From Candidatus Methylacidiphilales bacterium (GTDB taxonomy: Bacteria > Verrucomicrobiota > Verrucomicrobiia > Methylacidiphilales > JAAUTS01), in the NCBI GenBank assembly GCA_028713655.1, contig JAQTNW010000010.1, forward strand, positions 13,908 through 77,907: DNA of 64,000 nt, given 5' to 3'. The notes under the pieces are model-generated. The model was not told where the DNA came from and did not search any database. It saw only the letters and a program-made list of their open reading frames with translations. A program made the position numbers and the translations under genes. Position 1 is the stretch's first letter. Every line of letters starts with the position of its first letter. Shown piece after piece: positions 20,436 to 29,754 of the stretch.

Positions 20436-20563
20436 AATAAGCGGCGGTTGAAACTTTATTCGCGGCGACAGCCCTTGGGAATGGTTGCCGTGAAATAAGT
20501 CGGCCCAAACTCAGCTTGAGTTTCGGCTGGACTGCGCACCCCTCGCGGCGCTTTAGTGGAAGC

Positions 20564-21499
20564 ATGCATATACCCAGCAGCATGCTTCATGGGGCGGTTT
20601 GCCCGGTGACCGCGGCAGTTAGCGCCATTGGATTAACAGCCACCGCAGCCCTCGCGGCCCAGGCCCGGGAAAAAGCTTCCCCCGCCCATTTCGGCGCCGT
20701 GACAGCCTTTATTTTCGCAGCCCAGATGCTCAACTTTCCGGTCCAGAACGGTACTTCCGGCCATCTGCTCGGCGGCGTGCTCGCAACCGCCCTTCTCGGA
20801 CTGCCTTTCGGCATCCTTTCCCTTGCGCTTGTGCTGGCCGTGCAAAGCCTCGCCTTCTCCGATGGCGGCCTTGCGACTCTCGGCGCCAACGTCCTCAACA
20901 TGTCCCTCATCGGCGCCGGACTCGGCGGCCTCTTTGCACAATTCCTGAAATCCCGGGCCCGGAATCTTTCAAACCTCCCGGTTCTTGCCCTCGCCTCGTG
21001 GGTTTCCGTGCTGCTGGCGTCTCTTGCCTGCTCCGCCGAACTCGCGTTGGGTGGCACAACCTCCTTCACCGAGGCCGCGCCCGCCATGCTTGGCTCTCAT
21101 GCTTTGATAGGCATCGGCGAAGCCCTGATCACAGCCGCCGCTTTCTGGTTGTTCTCCAGCCTTGAAGAAAACAAGGCCCATACCGTACCGCAAAAAGCGT
21201 GGCCCGTCCTCACAGCCGCCGCGCTCATCGGGCTTTTGCTCAGCCCCTTCGCCAGCAGTTATCCGGATGGTTTGGAATGGGTGGCCGCCCGCTGTCATTT
21301 CCTGCACAACAGTGCTCCGTCGTTTGTCGCACCATTGGCCAATTATACAGTGCCGGGCATTGCGCATCCGTTCGTTTCAACCGGTTTGGCCGCTCTGATC
21401 GGCGCCGGCATCTGCTTCCTGGCAGCCTGGGTTTTGGGCCAATTCCTGCAGACGCGCAAACAATTCGCGGCCACGCCCCGGACAAGCACAAAGCGTTGA
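20564..21499 (+). CDS. cbiM: CbiM/NikM-type metal (Co/Ni) ECF transporter substrate component fused to a PDGLE domain
   Basis: I set the start at MHIPSSML, matching the CbiM N-terminal MHIxDG-type motif. The product is a multi-TM protein, and its C-terminal ASSYPDGLEWVAAR is the eponymous PDGLE motif. Confidence 0.75.
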   Translation: MHIPSSMLHGAVCPVTAAVSAIGLTATAALAAQAREKASPAHFGAVTAFIFAAQMLNFPVQNGTSGHLLGGVLATALLGLPFGILSLALVLAVQSLAFSDGGLATLGANVLNMSLIGAGLGGLFAQFLKSRARNLSNLPVLALASWVSVLLASLACSAELALGGTTSFTEAAPAMLGSHALIGIGEALITAAAFWLFSSLEENKAHTVPQKAWPVLTAAALIGLLLSPFASSYPDGLEWVAARCHFLHNSAPSFVAPLANYTVPGIAHPFVSTGLAALIGAGICFLAAWVLGQFLQTRKQFAATPRTSTKR

Positions 21500-21564
21500 C
21501 AATTTTAAAAGTGCAAATTTAAAGCCGCTCTTTTCATTGCAGGAAACAGCACCAAAAGTTAAGT

Positions 21565-22452
21565 TTGCCCATGTCTTCAAAACGCATCCCTGTCCTTCTC
21601 GACACTGATATAGGTTCGGATATCGACGACGCCGTTTGCCTGGCCTATCTTCTGGCCAATCCCGCCTGCGAGCTGCTTGGAATCACGACGGTGACCGGCG
21701 ATACGGTCAAACGAGCCAGCATGGCTTCGGTCCTCTGCAAGATCGCCGGGAAACGCATCCCCATCCACCCGGGCAGGCGGCAGCCTCTGCTCATAGAACA
21801 AAAACAGCCTCACGTCCCCCAGGCTGCGGCCCTGGATCGATGGGATCACGACACCGATTTCAGCCAGGGCGAGGCCATCGAATTTATGCGCCAAACCATC
21901 CGGGCCCGCCCGGGTGAAGTGATCTTGTTCGGCATCGGCCCCATGAGCAACATCGCCGCGCTTTTCGCCGCCGATGAGGAAATCCCCAGACTGCTGAAAG
22001 GGCTGGTGTTGATGTGCGGGGTATTCTCTCAACACAATTCAGCGCTGGAATGGAACGCCATGCTGGACCCCACGGCGACCGCCCTTGTGTACCGAGCCGC
22101 GCCGCCGTTTCACCGCTCAATCGGCCTCGATGTGACGAACCAAGTGACGATGCCTGCGGACGAGGTGCGCAAGAAATTCCAAGCTCCGTTGCTCAGGCCG
22201 GTACTCGATTTTGCCGAAGTCTGGTTTGAACATGCCAGGATGATCACATTTCACGATCCTCTGGCGGCAACGACCCTTTTTGATGACACGATCTGCGGTT
22301 TTGAACCGGGCCGGGTTGAAGTCGAGTTAAAGAGCGACCATGCGACCGGCGCCACGCTTTGGTATCCCAAGGACCCGGCGGGACACCACGAAATCGCAAC
22401 CACGGTCAATCCCTCCCGGTTCTTCGATCATTACTTCAGTTTTTTCAAATAG
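21565..22452 (+). CDS. Nucleoside hydrolase (inosine-uridine preferring family)
   Basis: The N-terminal [21 protein letters not shown] is the DxDxxxDD fingerprint. The product is 295 aa long. Confidence 0.8.
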   Translation: MPMSSKRIPVLLDTDIGSDIDDAVCLAYLLANPACELLGITTVTGDTVKRASMASVLCKIAGKRIPIHPGRRQPLLIEQKQPHVPQAAALDRWDHDTDFSQGEAIEFMRQTIRARPGEVILFGIGPMSNIAALFAADEEIPRLLKGLVLMCGVFSQHNSALEWNAMLDPTATALVYRAAPPFHRSIGLDVTNQVTMPADEVRKKFQAPLLRPVLDFAEVWFEHARMITFHDPLAATTLFDDTICGFEPGRVEVELKSDHATGATLWYPKDPAGHHEIATTVNPSRFFDHYFSFFK

Positions 22453-22583
22453 AGAAAAGCCGGGTTTGTCTCGGGCTTGGGAAAAGATATTTTTGGAAAT
22501 CAAGCCCTGGGCGATTTTACAGGACCACATCAACGGACACTAAAGCATGTTGTATTTATTCTGCCGCATGTTCATGCGTTATT

Positions 22584-22685
22584 GCGAGAACCCAAACCTT
22601 TCAAGCAGATGTTTTGAGCGGGAATGAACTGAAGGACGAAACGCCGTTGGCGTTTTAGCTAACATCCTATCTTTCAACATCTTGT
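22584..22685. repeat. Copy B (uninterrupted, inverted orientation) of the same repeat
   Basis: The sequence runs gcgagaacccaaacctttcaag...ggaatgaactgaaggacgaaacgccgttggcgttttagctaacatcctatctttcaacatcttgt. A partial third copy (ttttagctaacat) lies at 62047-62060. Confidence 0.85.
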
Positions 22686-22700
22686 TCAATTTGCTCTAAA

Positions 22701-23342
22701 TCAGCGGTGAACTGTTTGTATCCGCTTTAAAAAATTGCCCATGAGCCGCAGCCCGTTGGACTGGCTCTTTTCCGGGTGAAACTGGAACGCCGCCAGATTT
22801 CCCATGCTGATCCCGCTGGCAAATGAAATGCCATAGTCGGTCATGCAGGCCGCCAACCCTTTATCCTCGGGCTCGGGATAATAGGAATGCACGTGGTAAA
22901 AATATGACTTCTCCGGCAGCTCCTGAAACAGTTCCTTCCCTTCGTTCACCGGCCTGACTTCATTCCATCCCATGTGGGGCACCTTGCCCACGGAGTCCGG
23001 AAAGCGCCTGACTTTGCCCCGTATCCAGCCCAGCCCCGCCACTCCGGGAGATTCCTCGCTTTCTTCAAACAACAATTGATACCCCAAACAAATGCCGAGA
23101 AAGGGTTTGCCGGACTTCAGCCAATCCAAAACAGGCGCCGCCAGGCCGCGTTCGCTCAAGTTGTTCATCGCATCGCCAAAGGCCCCCACGCCCGGCAGCA
23201 CGATGGAATCAAAACCAACCAGCTCCTCCGCGCAAGCCACGCGGCGGACATCGGCCCCCAGAGTTTGCAGGGCCTTTTCAACGCTGCGCAGGTTCCCACG
23301 TCCGTAGTCGATCAATCCGATTTTCACTGTCTTAGCCTGCAT
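22701..23342 (-). CDS. hisH: Imidazole glycerol phosphate synthase, glutamine amidotransferase subunit
   Basis: The product contains IGLIDYGRGNLRSV, LGICLGYQLL (catalytic Cys) and FQFHPEKS. Confidence 0.9.
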   Translation of the reverse strand: MQAKTVKIGLIDYGRGNLRSVEKALQTLGADVRRVACAEELVGFDSIVLPGVGAFGDAMNNLSERGLAAPVLDWLKSGKPFLGICLGYQLLFEESEESPGVAGLGWIRGKVRRFPDSVGKVPHMGWNEVRPVNEGKELFQELPEKSYFYHVHSYYPEPEDKGLAACMTDYGISFASGISMGNLAAFQFHPEKSQSNGLRLMGNFLKRIQTVHR

Positions 23343-23405
23343 GTCTCAGCCATTTTGAAAAAATTTCAATCCAGGCAGTTTTGCTTCCGGGCTTGAAACG
23401 GAAAA

Positions 23406-23990
23406 CTATAACCTGCCCTTGGTGCTGGGCAAGCCCTTCACCCGGGAATCCTTGCGGCACGCCATGTCGAGCGCCTTGGCCAGCCCCTTGAAAATGGATT
23501 CCGCAATATGGTGCGCATCCCGCCCGTAGAGCAATTCAATGTGCAGGTTCATGCCCGCGTTCACCGCCAGGGCGCGCATGAATTCCTCCAGCAACTGCAG
23601 CGGAAAATCCCCCGCCTTCCGGCGTTGCGCGGGCACGCGGAATTCCAGGTAGGGCCGGTTGCTCAAATCCACGACCACGCGGCTCAGGGTTTCATCCATC
23701 GGAAGATAGGCGTGGCCGTAACGGTTGATCCCCCGTTTGTCGCCTAACGCATCCTTGAGCGCCATTCCAAGCACAATGCCCGCATCCTCGACCGTATGAT
23801 GATAATCCACCTCCAGATCGCCCCTGGCTTCAATCTCGAGATCAAAAAGCGAGTGCTTGGCAAACAAGGCCAGCATGTGGTCGAAAAAACCGATGCCCGT
23901 GGAAATTTTTGACTTTCCCTGCCCGTCCAAATTCAGCTTGAGCCGGATCCTGGTCTCGTTTGTATTGCGTGTGATTGTGCTTCTTCTCAT
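23406..23990 (-). CDS. hisB: Imidazoleglycerol-phosphate dehydratase
   Basis: The product contains [31 protein letters not shown] and HHIAESIFK. Confidence 0.92.
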   Translation of the reverse strand: MRRSTITRNTNETRIRLKLNLDGQGKSKISTGIGFFDHMLALFAKHSLFDLEIEARGDLEVDYHHTVEDAGIVLGMALKDALGDKRGINRYGHAYLPMDETLSRVVVDLSNRPYLEFRVPAQRRKAGDFPLQLLEEFMRALAVNAGMNLHIELLYGRDAHHIAESIFKGLAKALDMACRKDSRVKGLPSTKGRL

Positions 23991-24054
23991 AGGACAATAA
24001 ATTCATATCCGGCGCATCCGGGAGCAGCCGCAGCACTCCAGATCCCGCCCGGCA

Positions 24055-25320
24055 TTATTTCTTCGCAAAGCGGACCGCCACGGACGCTTTATGCGCCGTC
24101 ATCCCCTCCACCTCCGCCAGGGTTTCAATCGTCTTGCGCCCCCTCTTCAAGGCGTCCTTTTCATAGCGGACAAAACTCGTCTTGCGTACAAACTGATCGA
24201 TCGTCAGGCCGCTGAAGCTCCGGGCGGAGCCGTTGGTCGGATATTCATGGCTCGGCCCCGCGGCATAATCCCCCGCTGCCACCGGTGAATAATCCCCGAT
24301 GAAAATCCCGCCGCAATTCCGTATTTTTTTCCCGAGATCCTTGGCGCCCGCGCAAACCAGCGAGAGATGTTCAGGCGCTATCGCCTCGACTATCTGGACT
24401 CCCTGTTTGAGATTTTTCACGAGCAGCAAGGTGCATCCCAGATTGAGCGTTTCACGCAAATATTGGATGCGCGGATGCGCGACAATTTGCCGCTCGATTT
24501 CCTCTTTCACCGCCTCGATCAATTTTTTTTCCGTGCTGATAAGAAAAATCTGGCTCCCCGGCCCGTGCTCCGCCTGGGCCAGCAGATCCGCGGCCACGAA
24601 CGCCGGTTTGGCGGATTTATCCGCGAGCACGGCAACCTCGCTCGGCCCCGGGATGAGGTCCACCCCCACGCGCCCAAAGATCTGCCGCTTGGCTTCAACC
24701 ACAAACGCATTGCCGGGTCCGTACACTTTGTGCACCGCCTTGATCGATTCAGTCCCGTACGCCATCGCCGCTATCGCCTGTGCGCCGCCCACCTGGTAAA
24801 TTTCAGTCGCGCCCGCCAGTTTGATCGCATAATGCAACACCGGGTTGACCGGCGGCGGTGTACAAACCACAATCGACTCCACCCCTGCGGTCTTTGCGAG
24901 CGTGATCGTCATCAGAGCCGAAGACACCAACGGAGCCGTACCGCCCGGCACATAAATGCCGACACGCTCCAACGGTTGGTAAATTTCGCCGACCTGCGCG
25001 CCTTCATGATTTTTACCCAGCCACGATTTTGGAAGGCAGGGGCGGTAAAATTTTACAATGTTCCGATGCGCTTTGCGCAAGGCCTCCTTGATTTCGGACT
25101 TCGGCGCGGGCGGCTTTGAAGTCAAAGCCAACTGCTCCCGGGTGACCGATGTGCTGGCAAATTGGTTGGTGATCTCGACGACGGCGCGGTCGCCTTCTTT
25201 CTGCACCCGGTTCAAAATTTGGCGCACCTGCAACACAACCTCGGGTGGCGTATCCGACATTCGTTTCAACTCGGCAACTCGGGCGCTGAAATCAGATTGC
25301 TCGTACGATAAATATTTCAC
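24055..25320 (-). CDS. hisD: Histidinol dehydrogenase
   Basis: The 421-aa product contains GIYVPGGTAPLVSS, AGPSEV and DLLAQAEHGP. Confidence 0.92.
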   Translation of the reverse strand: MKYLSYEQSDFSARVAELKRMSDTPPEVVLQVRQILNRVQKEGDRAVVEITNQFASTSVTREQLALTSKPPAPKSEIKEALRKAHRNIVKFYRPCLPKSWLGKNHEGAQVGEIYQPLERVGIYVPGGTAPLVSSALMTITLAKTAGVESIVVCTPPPVNPVLHYAIKLAGATEIYQVGGAQAIAAMAYGTESIKAVHKVYGPGNAFVVEAKRQIFGRVGVDLIPGPSEVAVLADKSAKPAFVAADLLAQAEHGPGSQIFLISTEKKLIEAVKEEIERQIVAHPRIQYLRETLNLGCTLLLVKNLKQGVQIVEAIAPEHLSLVCAGAKDLGKKIRNCGGIFIGDYSPVAAGDYAAGPSHEYPTNGSARSFSGLTIDQFVRKTSFVRYEKDALKRGRKTIETLAEVEGMTAHKASVAVRFAKK

Positions 25321-25485
25321 AGAGGTTCCTTGCTTCGCCGCAGAGCAACGGCTCCGCTATGTAAGCGTTTGATTTTAACAGCCTTCCAGCAAATGGAAAG
25401 CAGGATTATTGAGCTGAAAAAACGCAAAACACTTTTTACAAAGAGATCGCGAAGAACAGGAAAAATGAATGTTAAAACCGGATTG

Positions 25486-25932
25486 TTACAGCTTTTTAAG
25501 CTTCCGCTGTTCCCATAACAATTCAGCGCCCGGCTGCAGGGTCAAAATGGCATAGCCGGATGGAACACCTTTGTTGGGCTTGCCGACAGTGCCCGGATTC
25601 AGAAAACGCACCCCACCAATGGTTTCATCCCGCGGCACATGCGTGTGGCCGTGCAAACAAACATCCGTATTTTCCGGCAGGGCGTGGGGAGGAATGTGTT
25701 GGAGCCGGAAACGGATTCCACAGCGGTTCAAATCCAGCACCGGCGGCCAGGCGGATTCGGTGTCGCAATTCCCGCGAACGACGCGGATGGGCACGCCTAA
25801 AACGTGAAAACGATCCAAAATGAAGGGACTTACGACATCGCCCAGATGCCAGAGTTCATCCACCCCGGCCAGGCCAGCCAACACTTCCTCAGCCAACCGG
25901 TCGTGCGTGTCCGCCACCACACCGATACGCAT
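25486..25932 (-). CDS. Small metallophosphoesterase, YfcE/MJ0936 family
   Basis: The 148-aa product contains MRIGVVADTHD, WHLGDV, RGNCD and HGHTH. Confidence 0.75.
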   Translation of the reverse strand: MRIGVVADTHDRLAEEVLAGLAGVDELWHLGDVVSPFILDRFHVLGVPIRVVRGNCDTESAWPPVLDLNRCGIRFRLQHIPPHALPENTDVCLHGHTHVPRDETIGGVRFLNPGTVGKPNKGVPSGYAILTLQPGAELLWEQRKLKKL

Positions 25933-25941
25933 GCCCGGAAC

Positions 25942-26523
25942 CTAGGCCGCGCTGTGCGCTTTCTGAAAGCGGGACGGCAGCATGCTCGGAAGTCCCGACT
26001 GGGCGACACTCCACTCCATGCAAAATACAAAGAAGCAGGTAAAGGCCACATCCCCCAGAAGGGTGTTGCGGAAGAAGTAAATCGTCGAAGGATAGCCGGG
26101 TTCGCCAATCGTCAGGGATTGCACCCAACCGGCCATGGTTTGCGCATACGCGGGATTCCCAAGCCATGAGGCCGAATTGGTCACCACATAAAACAACAAC
26201 GAGGAACCGAGAGCCCCGCCGGCCAGGGTTTTCCAATTCTTATGACGGGCCACCCAGACGCCAAAAAACGACGCAACCGCGTAGCAACCATAGCCTGCGA
26301 GCATTTCACCCCGAAACAACGACACACCGTAGTGGACATTCAGAATGATGTCGGAAATCATCAAAGCCAGCAAAGGAACCAGCACGGCCAGCTTTTTGCG
26401 GGAATAAAGCGCGCCGCAAAAGGCAATCGCCATAATCGGGGCAAAGTTCGGAAGCCAATCGACAAAGGGCGCCGAAATGCGGTAAACCACTGCCAGAACC
26501 AAAAGTGCAAGCCATAGAATCAT
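25942..26523 (-). CDS. Integral membrane protein (resembles the PNF(A/T)PI family that I recall being annotated DUF6580)
   Basis: The 193-aa product has about 6 hydrophobic helices. The N-terminal LPNFAPIMAIAFCGALY resembles that family. This is assigned from memory only. Confidence 0.45.
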   Translation of the reverse strand: MILWLALLVLAVVYRISAPFVDWLPNFAPIMAIAFCGALYSRKKLAVLVPLLALMISDIILNVHYGVSLFRGEMLAGYGCYAVASFFGVWVARHKNWKTLAGGALGSSLLFYVVTNSASWLGNPAYAQTMAGWVQSLTIGEPGYPSTIYFFRNTLLGDVAFTCFFVFCMEWSVAQSGLPSMLPSRFQKAHSAA

Positions 26524-26597
26524 ATAAGACCGATGTTACGTTCCAAAGTTTACAATGGCAAACTCAATTTTCAACCCCATCCCAAAACCAAGGATAA

Positions 26598-27047
26598 ATG
26601 ACAACTCAAAAAAAATTCCTGTTGATTGACGGGCACAGCGTCATTTTTCAATGGCCCGAACTGCGCCGTTTGCATTCTCAAAATCCTTCAAAATGCCGGG
26701 CTGCGCTCACCGCGCTGCTTGGAACCTTGCATGACACCTCCAACTGGCTGGTCACTCTGGTCTTCGACGGCAAGACCGGGCCGAACGAACCCGCACGGCC
26801 CGGTGCCATGGCCGTGATCTACAGCCAGGAAGGACAAACCGCAGACAGCATTATCGAGCGGTTGGTGGGACAGGCCAATGATCCCTCGCTTGTTTATGTG
26901 GTGACGGCGGACGAAGCCGAACGGATCACCGTGGAAGCCGCTGGCGCATTTGTCTATTCACCAGACTGGTTGGCGGGCGAAATCGAACAAAATACAGGGC
27001 AATGGCAACAGGCGCTTAAGGATGTGCATAAAAAGGCTAAATGGTAA
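26598..27047 (+). CDS. NYN-domain protein (YacP/Rae1-like putative RNase)
   Basis: FLLIDGHSVIFQWPEL and VTLVFDG are followed by SADSIIERL and YVVTADEAE, a typical YacP layout. Confidence 0.65.
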   Translation: MTTQKKFLLIDGHSVIFQWPELRRLHSQNPSKCRAALTALLGTLHDTSNWLVTLVFDGKTGPNEPARPGAMAVIYSQEGQTADSIIERLVGQANDPSLVYVVTADEAERITVEAAGAFVYSPDWLAGEIEQNTGQWQQALKDVHKKAKW

Positions 27048-27172
27048 AAAATCATCATTTTGATATTTTTTACTGGTTTTTCTCTGATGAGGCACTCTAT
27101 CATTGCGACTTAATTTATTTGGGGCTCTATTTTATAACTTGTTAATAATCAGGTGCTCTACAGGAGTTACTA

Positions 27173-28003
27173 ATGTCAAAGTTGGGAAAACTATTTTGTG
27201 TCATAGCGGTCATTGCTTCGCTCGCTTCAGCTGCACTTGGGTTTCTTTTGGCCACTAAAAAGTCCGGCTACGCCAAACAGTTAGGGGCTGTGGAAGATCA
27301 GCTTCGAAAAACTCCCAACGTCAGCTACCAGTCTGATTTCAAGAATAATCCGGACGAGCCCGCTGCAACGGTTCAAAAAGCCGCCGGTATTCTCAAAAAA
27401 ACCAAGGATGATTTGGACGCCACACAGGCTAAATTGACGGAATCCACAGGCCAACTCTCCGAATCCCAGTCGCAAGTCCAAAAGTTGACCACGGAAGTGA
27501 CCTCGACCAAAAAGGATTTGGAGTCCAAAACCACCCAGCTTACCGAAACCACCACGAATCTCCAGGCTGCCCAAACCGAGTTGAAGGATTTTAAAGACCA
27601 ATTGGGCGGACGCAAATTATCCGATATCCTGGATGAATTGAAGAAAACGACGGAAGATTCCAAAGTTCTCAGTGCTGAGAAAAAAATCATCGAAGACAGC
27701 CTCGCCAAGAGTACTGCCGAGTTGAAAAAATACCAGGAACTGGAACAATTGGCCAAAAACCACGCCGCGCCCATGGATTTGAGCGGCAAGGTGGTCGCCA
27801 TCAACAAATCCTGGAACTTTGTCGTGCTGGATCTGGGCAAGGACAACAAGCTGAATGAAGGCATCGATCTGGCTGTTTATCGCGGCGACCAGTTGATCGG
27901 GAAAGTCAGGACCGTCTCCGTGGATGCCACCACCGCCATAGCCGATATCCTTCCTGACTGGACCAAAACCGAAATCCAGGTGGGCGACAAAGTACTTTAT
28001 TGA
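27173..28003 (+). CDS. Membrane-anchored coiled-coil protein, unknown function
   Basis: The N-terminal anchor is LFCVIAVIASLASAALGFLLA. A long heptad-rich T/K/E/Q segment follows, and the C-terminal part looks like a beta-rich domain (GKVVAINKSWNFVVLDLG...VGDKVLY). Confidence 0.5.
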   Translation: MSKLGKLFCVIAVIASLASAALGFLLATKKSGYAKQLGAVEDQLRKTPNVSYQSDFKNNPDEPAATVQKAAGILKKTKDDLDATQAKLTESTGQLSESQSQVQKLTTEVTSTKKDLESKTTQLTETTTNLQAAQTELKDFKDQLGGRKLSDILDELKKTTEDSKVLSAEKKIIEDSLAKSTAELKKYQELEQLAKNHAAPMDLSGKVVAINKSWNFVVLDLGKDNKLNEGIDLAVYRGDQLIGKVRTVSVDATTAIADILPDWTKTEIQVGDKVLY

Positions 28004-28033
28004 ATTCCGCCTGCTGCGTTATATATTTACACC

Positions 28034-28216
28034 ATGCAGCGCATGAACCGCTTATTTCTTGTTTTTGCAGGCTTCCTTCTGCTGGCCTCGTTCAGCGGCT
28101 GCGCCTCTCCCGATAAAAATACAGCCAATTCCGACCACGAACCCACTTCCACAGTCCCGTGGAACAGGCCCGAATCCTGGGAAGGCAAAGGCGTTCTCGG
28201 CGGAATGATGCAATAA
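28034..28216 (+). CDS. Small lipoprotein
   Basis: The 60-aa product has a signal peptide with a lipobox, LLLASFSGC. Confidence 0.45.
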   Translation: MQRMNRLFLVFAGFLLLASFSGCASPDKNTANSDHEPTSTVPWNRPESWEGKGVLGGMMQ

Positions 28217-28227
28217 AAGCAGAGTGT

Positions 28228-28269
28228 GGAATGCGGAATTTTTAATTCTGACTTCTGACTTCTGACTTC
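28228..28269. repeat. 'taattctgac' family with a (ttctgac)x3 heptamer tract
   Basis: The sequence is ggaatgcggaatttttaattctgacttctgacttctgacttc. Related copies lie at 62051-62090 and 46559-46603. Confidence 0.8.
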
Positions 28270-29279
28270 TTCCCTGTTAAAAGAGCTTCCGCAATCTGCA
28301 CCGCATTCCAGGCGGCCCCCTTCAGCAGTTGATCCCCGCTGATAAACAAAGCCAGGCTGTTTTCGCGCGAAGGGTCCCTGCGGATGCGGCCCACCAGCAC
28401 ATCCAGGTCCCCGGTGGCTTCCAACGGCATTGGAAAATGGTTCTTTTCGGCGTCATCCACCAGCCGCACCCCGGCCGCCCCGGACAAAACCTTTCTCGCC
28501 CGCTCGACCGAAACCGGCTTTTCCGTCTCGATCAACACGGACTCCGAATGCGCCCGCAGAACGGGCACACGGATGCAGGTCGGAATAATTTCAAGCTCCG
28601 GCAGGTGGAATATCTTCCGGATTTCCTCGATCAGCTTGTTTTCCTCCTCGTTGTATCCGTTGGCGGCTACTTTTGTGTTATGCGAAAACAGATTGAAGGC
28701 GATCTGGTGCGGAAAAACCTTTTTTTCAATCGGACGCTTTTCGACATGGGCCTCCACCTGATCTTCCAGCTCGGCCATGGCCTGGGCCCCCGCTCCGCTG
28801 GCGGATTGATAGGTTGAAACCACGATCCGCTTGATCCCAAATTCCCGGTGCAGCGGCCCGATGGCCACGGCCAGGATCGCAGCGCAGCAGTTCGGGTTGG
28901 CAATCAGGCCCTTGTGTGAATCCAGGTCCCCGGGATTGACCTCCGGCACGACCAAAGGAGTTCCCGGCTGCATGCGAAAGGCCGATGAATTGTCAATGAC
29001 CACCGCGCCGGCCTCAATGGCCTCGGAAACAAATTGCCGGGAACGGGTTGCCCCGGCGCTGAAAAACGCAAAGTCGATACCCTTGAAAACCCCGCTCTTG
29101 AGTTCTTCCACCGGCCACGACTTTTCCTGAAATTGGAGATGCTTCCCAGCCGAACGCGCCGAGGCCAGCAGCCTGAGCTGCGAGACAGGGAACTTGCGCC
29201 GTTCCATCACACGCAAGATTTCCACTCCGACCGCTCCGGTGGCGCCCACCACGGCCACATGGTATCCGTTTGCCTTCAT
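28242..29279 (-). CDS. asd: Aspartate-semialdehyde dehydrogenase
   Basis: The 345-aa product contains VAVVGATGAVG, NPNCCAAIL (active-site Cys) and STYQSASGAG. The last codons and the stop are encoded by a repeat (see findings). Confidence 0.92.
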   Translation of the reverse strand: MKANGYHVAVVGATGAVGVEILRVMERRKFPVSQLRLLASARSAGKHLQFQEKSWPVEELKSGVFKGIDFAFFSAGATRSRQFVSEAIEAGAVVIDNSSAFRMQPGTPLVVPEVNPGDLDSHKGLIANPNCCAAILAVAIGPLHREFGIKRIVVSTYQSASGAGAQAMAELEDQVEAHVEKRPIEKKVFPHQIAFNLFSHNTKVAANGYNEEENKLIEEIRKIFHLPELEIIPTCIRVPVLRAHSESVLIETEKPVSVERARKVLSGAAGVRLVDDAEKNHFPMPLEATGDLDVLVGRIRRDPSRENSLALFISGDQLLKGAAWNAVQIAEALLTGKKSEVRSQN

Positions 29280-29413
29280 AAAGGGGAAAAAGCCTAGGAT
29301 TTTCCGGGCGCCTTCGCAAGCGGAGAATAAAAAACGATTGCCAAGAGGAATAATCCCGACTAATGAATCGGACAGTTCTTTGCGAGAAATAAACCGCGCA
29401 CCGTTTGCGCGGA

Positions 29414-29618
29414 ACGATCAGCAGTGACAGGGAATGCCGTGAGAACCGGCTACAGTTGCGCTGCGGTATCGGGTGACAAACTTCCATTCGGCTGAAATCA
29501 GCCGGAGCAGAGCCAATCCCTTCGGGGGTGAAGGCGGGAGTGAGGCGGGATCTTGGAATCTCAAATTTGAAATTTCAAATCCCAGAACCCGGAGTCCGAA
29601 TATCTGCCTGTTGATCCT
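29414..29618 (+). promoter_or_regulatory. Cobalamin (B12) riboswitch
   Basis: The element contains AGGGAA, the hairpin gccg-ugagaa-ccggc, the core GCGCUGCGGUA, and a B12-box-like AGUCCGAAUAUCUGCC at 29593-29608. P1 candidates are gatcagcag and ctgcctgttgatc. It lies 137 nt upstream of a TonB-dependent receptor. The match is to the consensus as I remember it; no covariance model was run. Confidence 0.65.
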
Positions 29619-29754
29619 CATGCGTCCAGCCCATGCCGAAAGGAAAAGGCCGGACGATAAACTTCATCGCTGAAATGAAGCGTGAGAGCAGGTCAAGCCG
29701 GACCCAAATCGCAACCCGGCCTGTTCTGCTCTTGCCACAAAACAGGAGTAGAAC

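Noticed and set aside
13479-22685. The 9.1-kb block between inverted repeat copies, considered as a composite transposon or genomic island.
   Set aside because: There is no transposase or integrase. The cargo is housekeeping (hppA, rlmI-like, midA-like) with backbone-like composition. The bounding repeat belongs to a family scattered elsewhere in the window.
28246-28266. The (ttctgac)x3 tandem heptamer and related periodic AT-rich repeats, considered as a possible CRISPR-like array.
   Set aside because: The units are 7 nt long with no spacers, there are only three of them, and no cas genes are present. This is a microsatellite-like part of a dispersed repeat.
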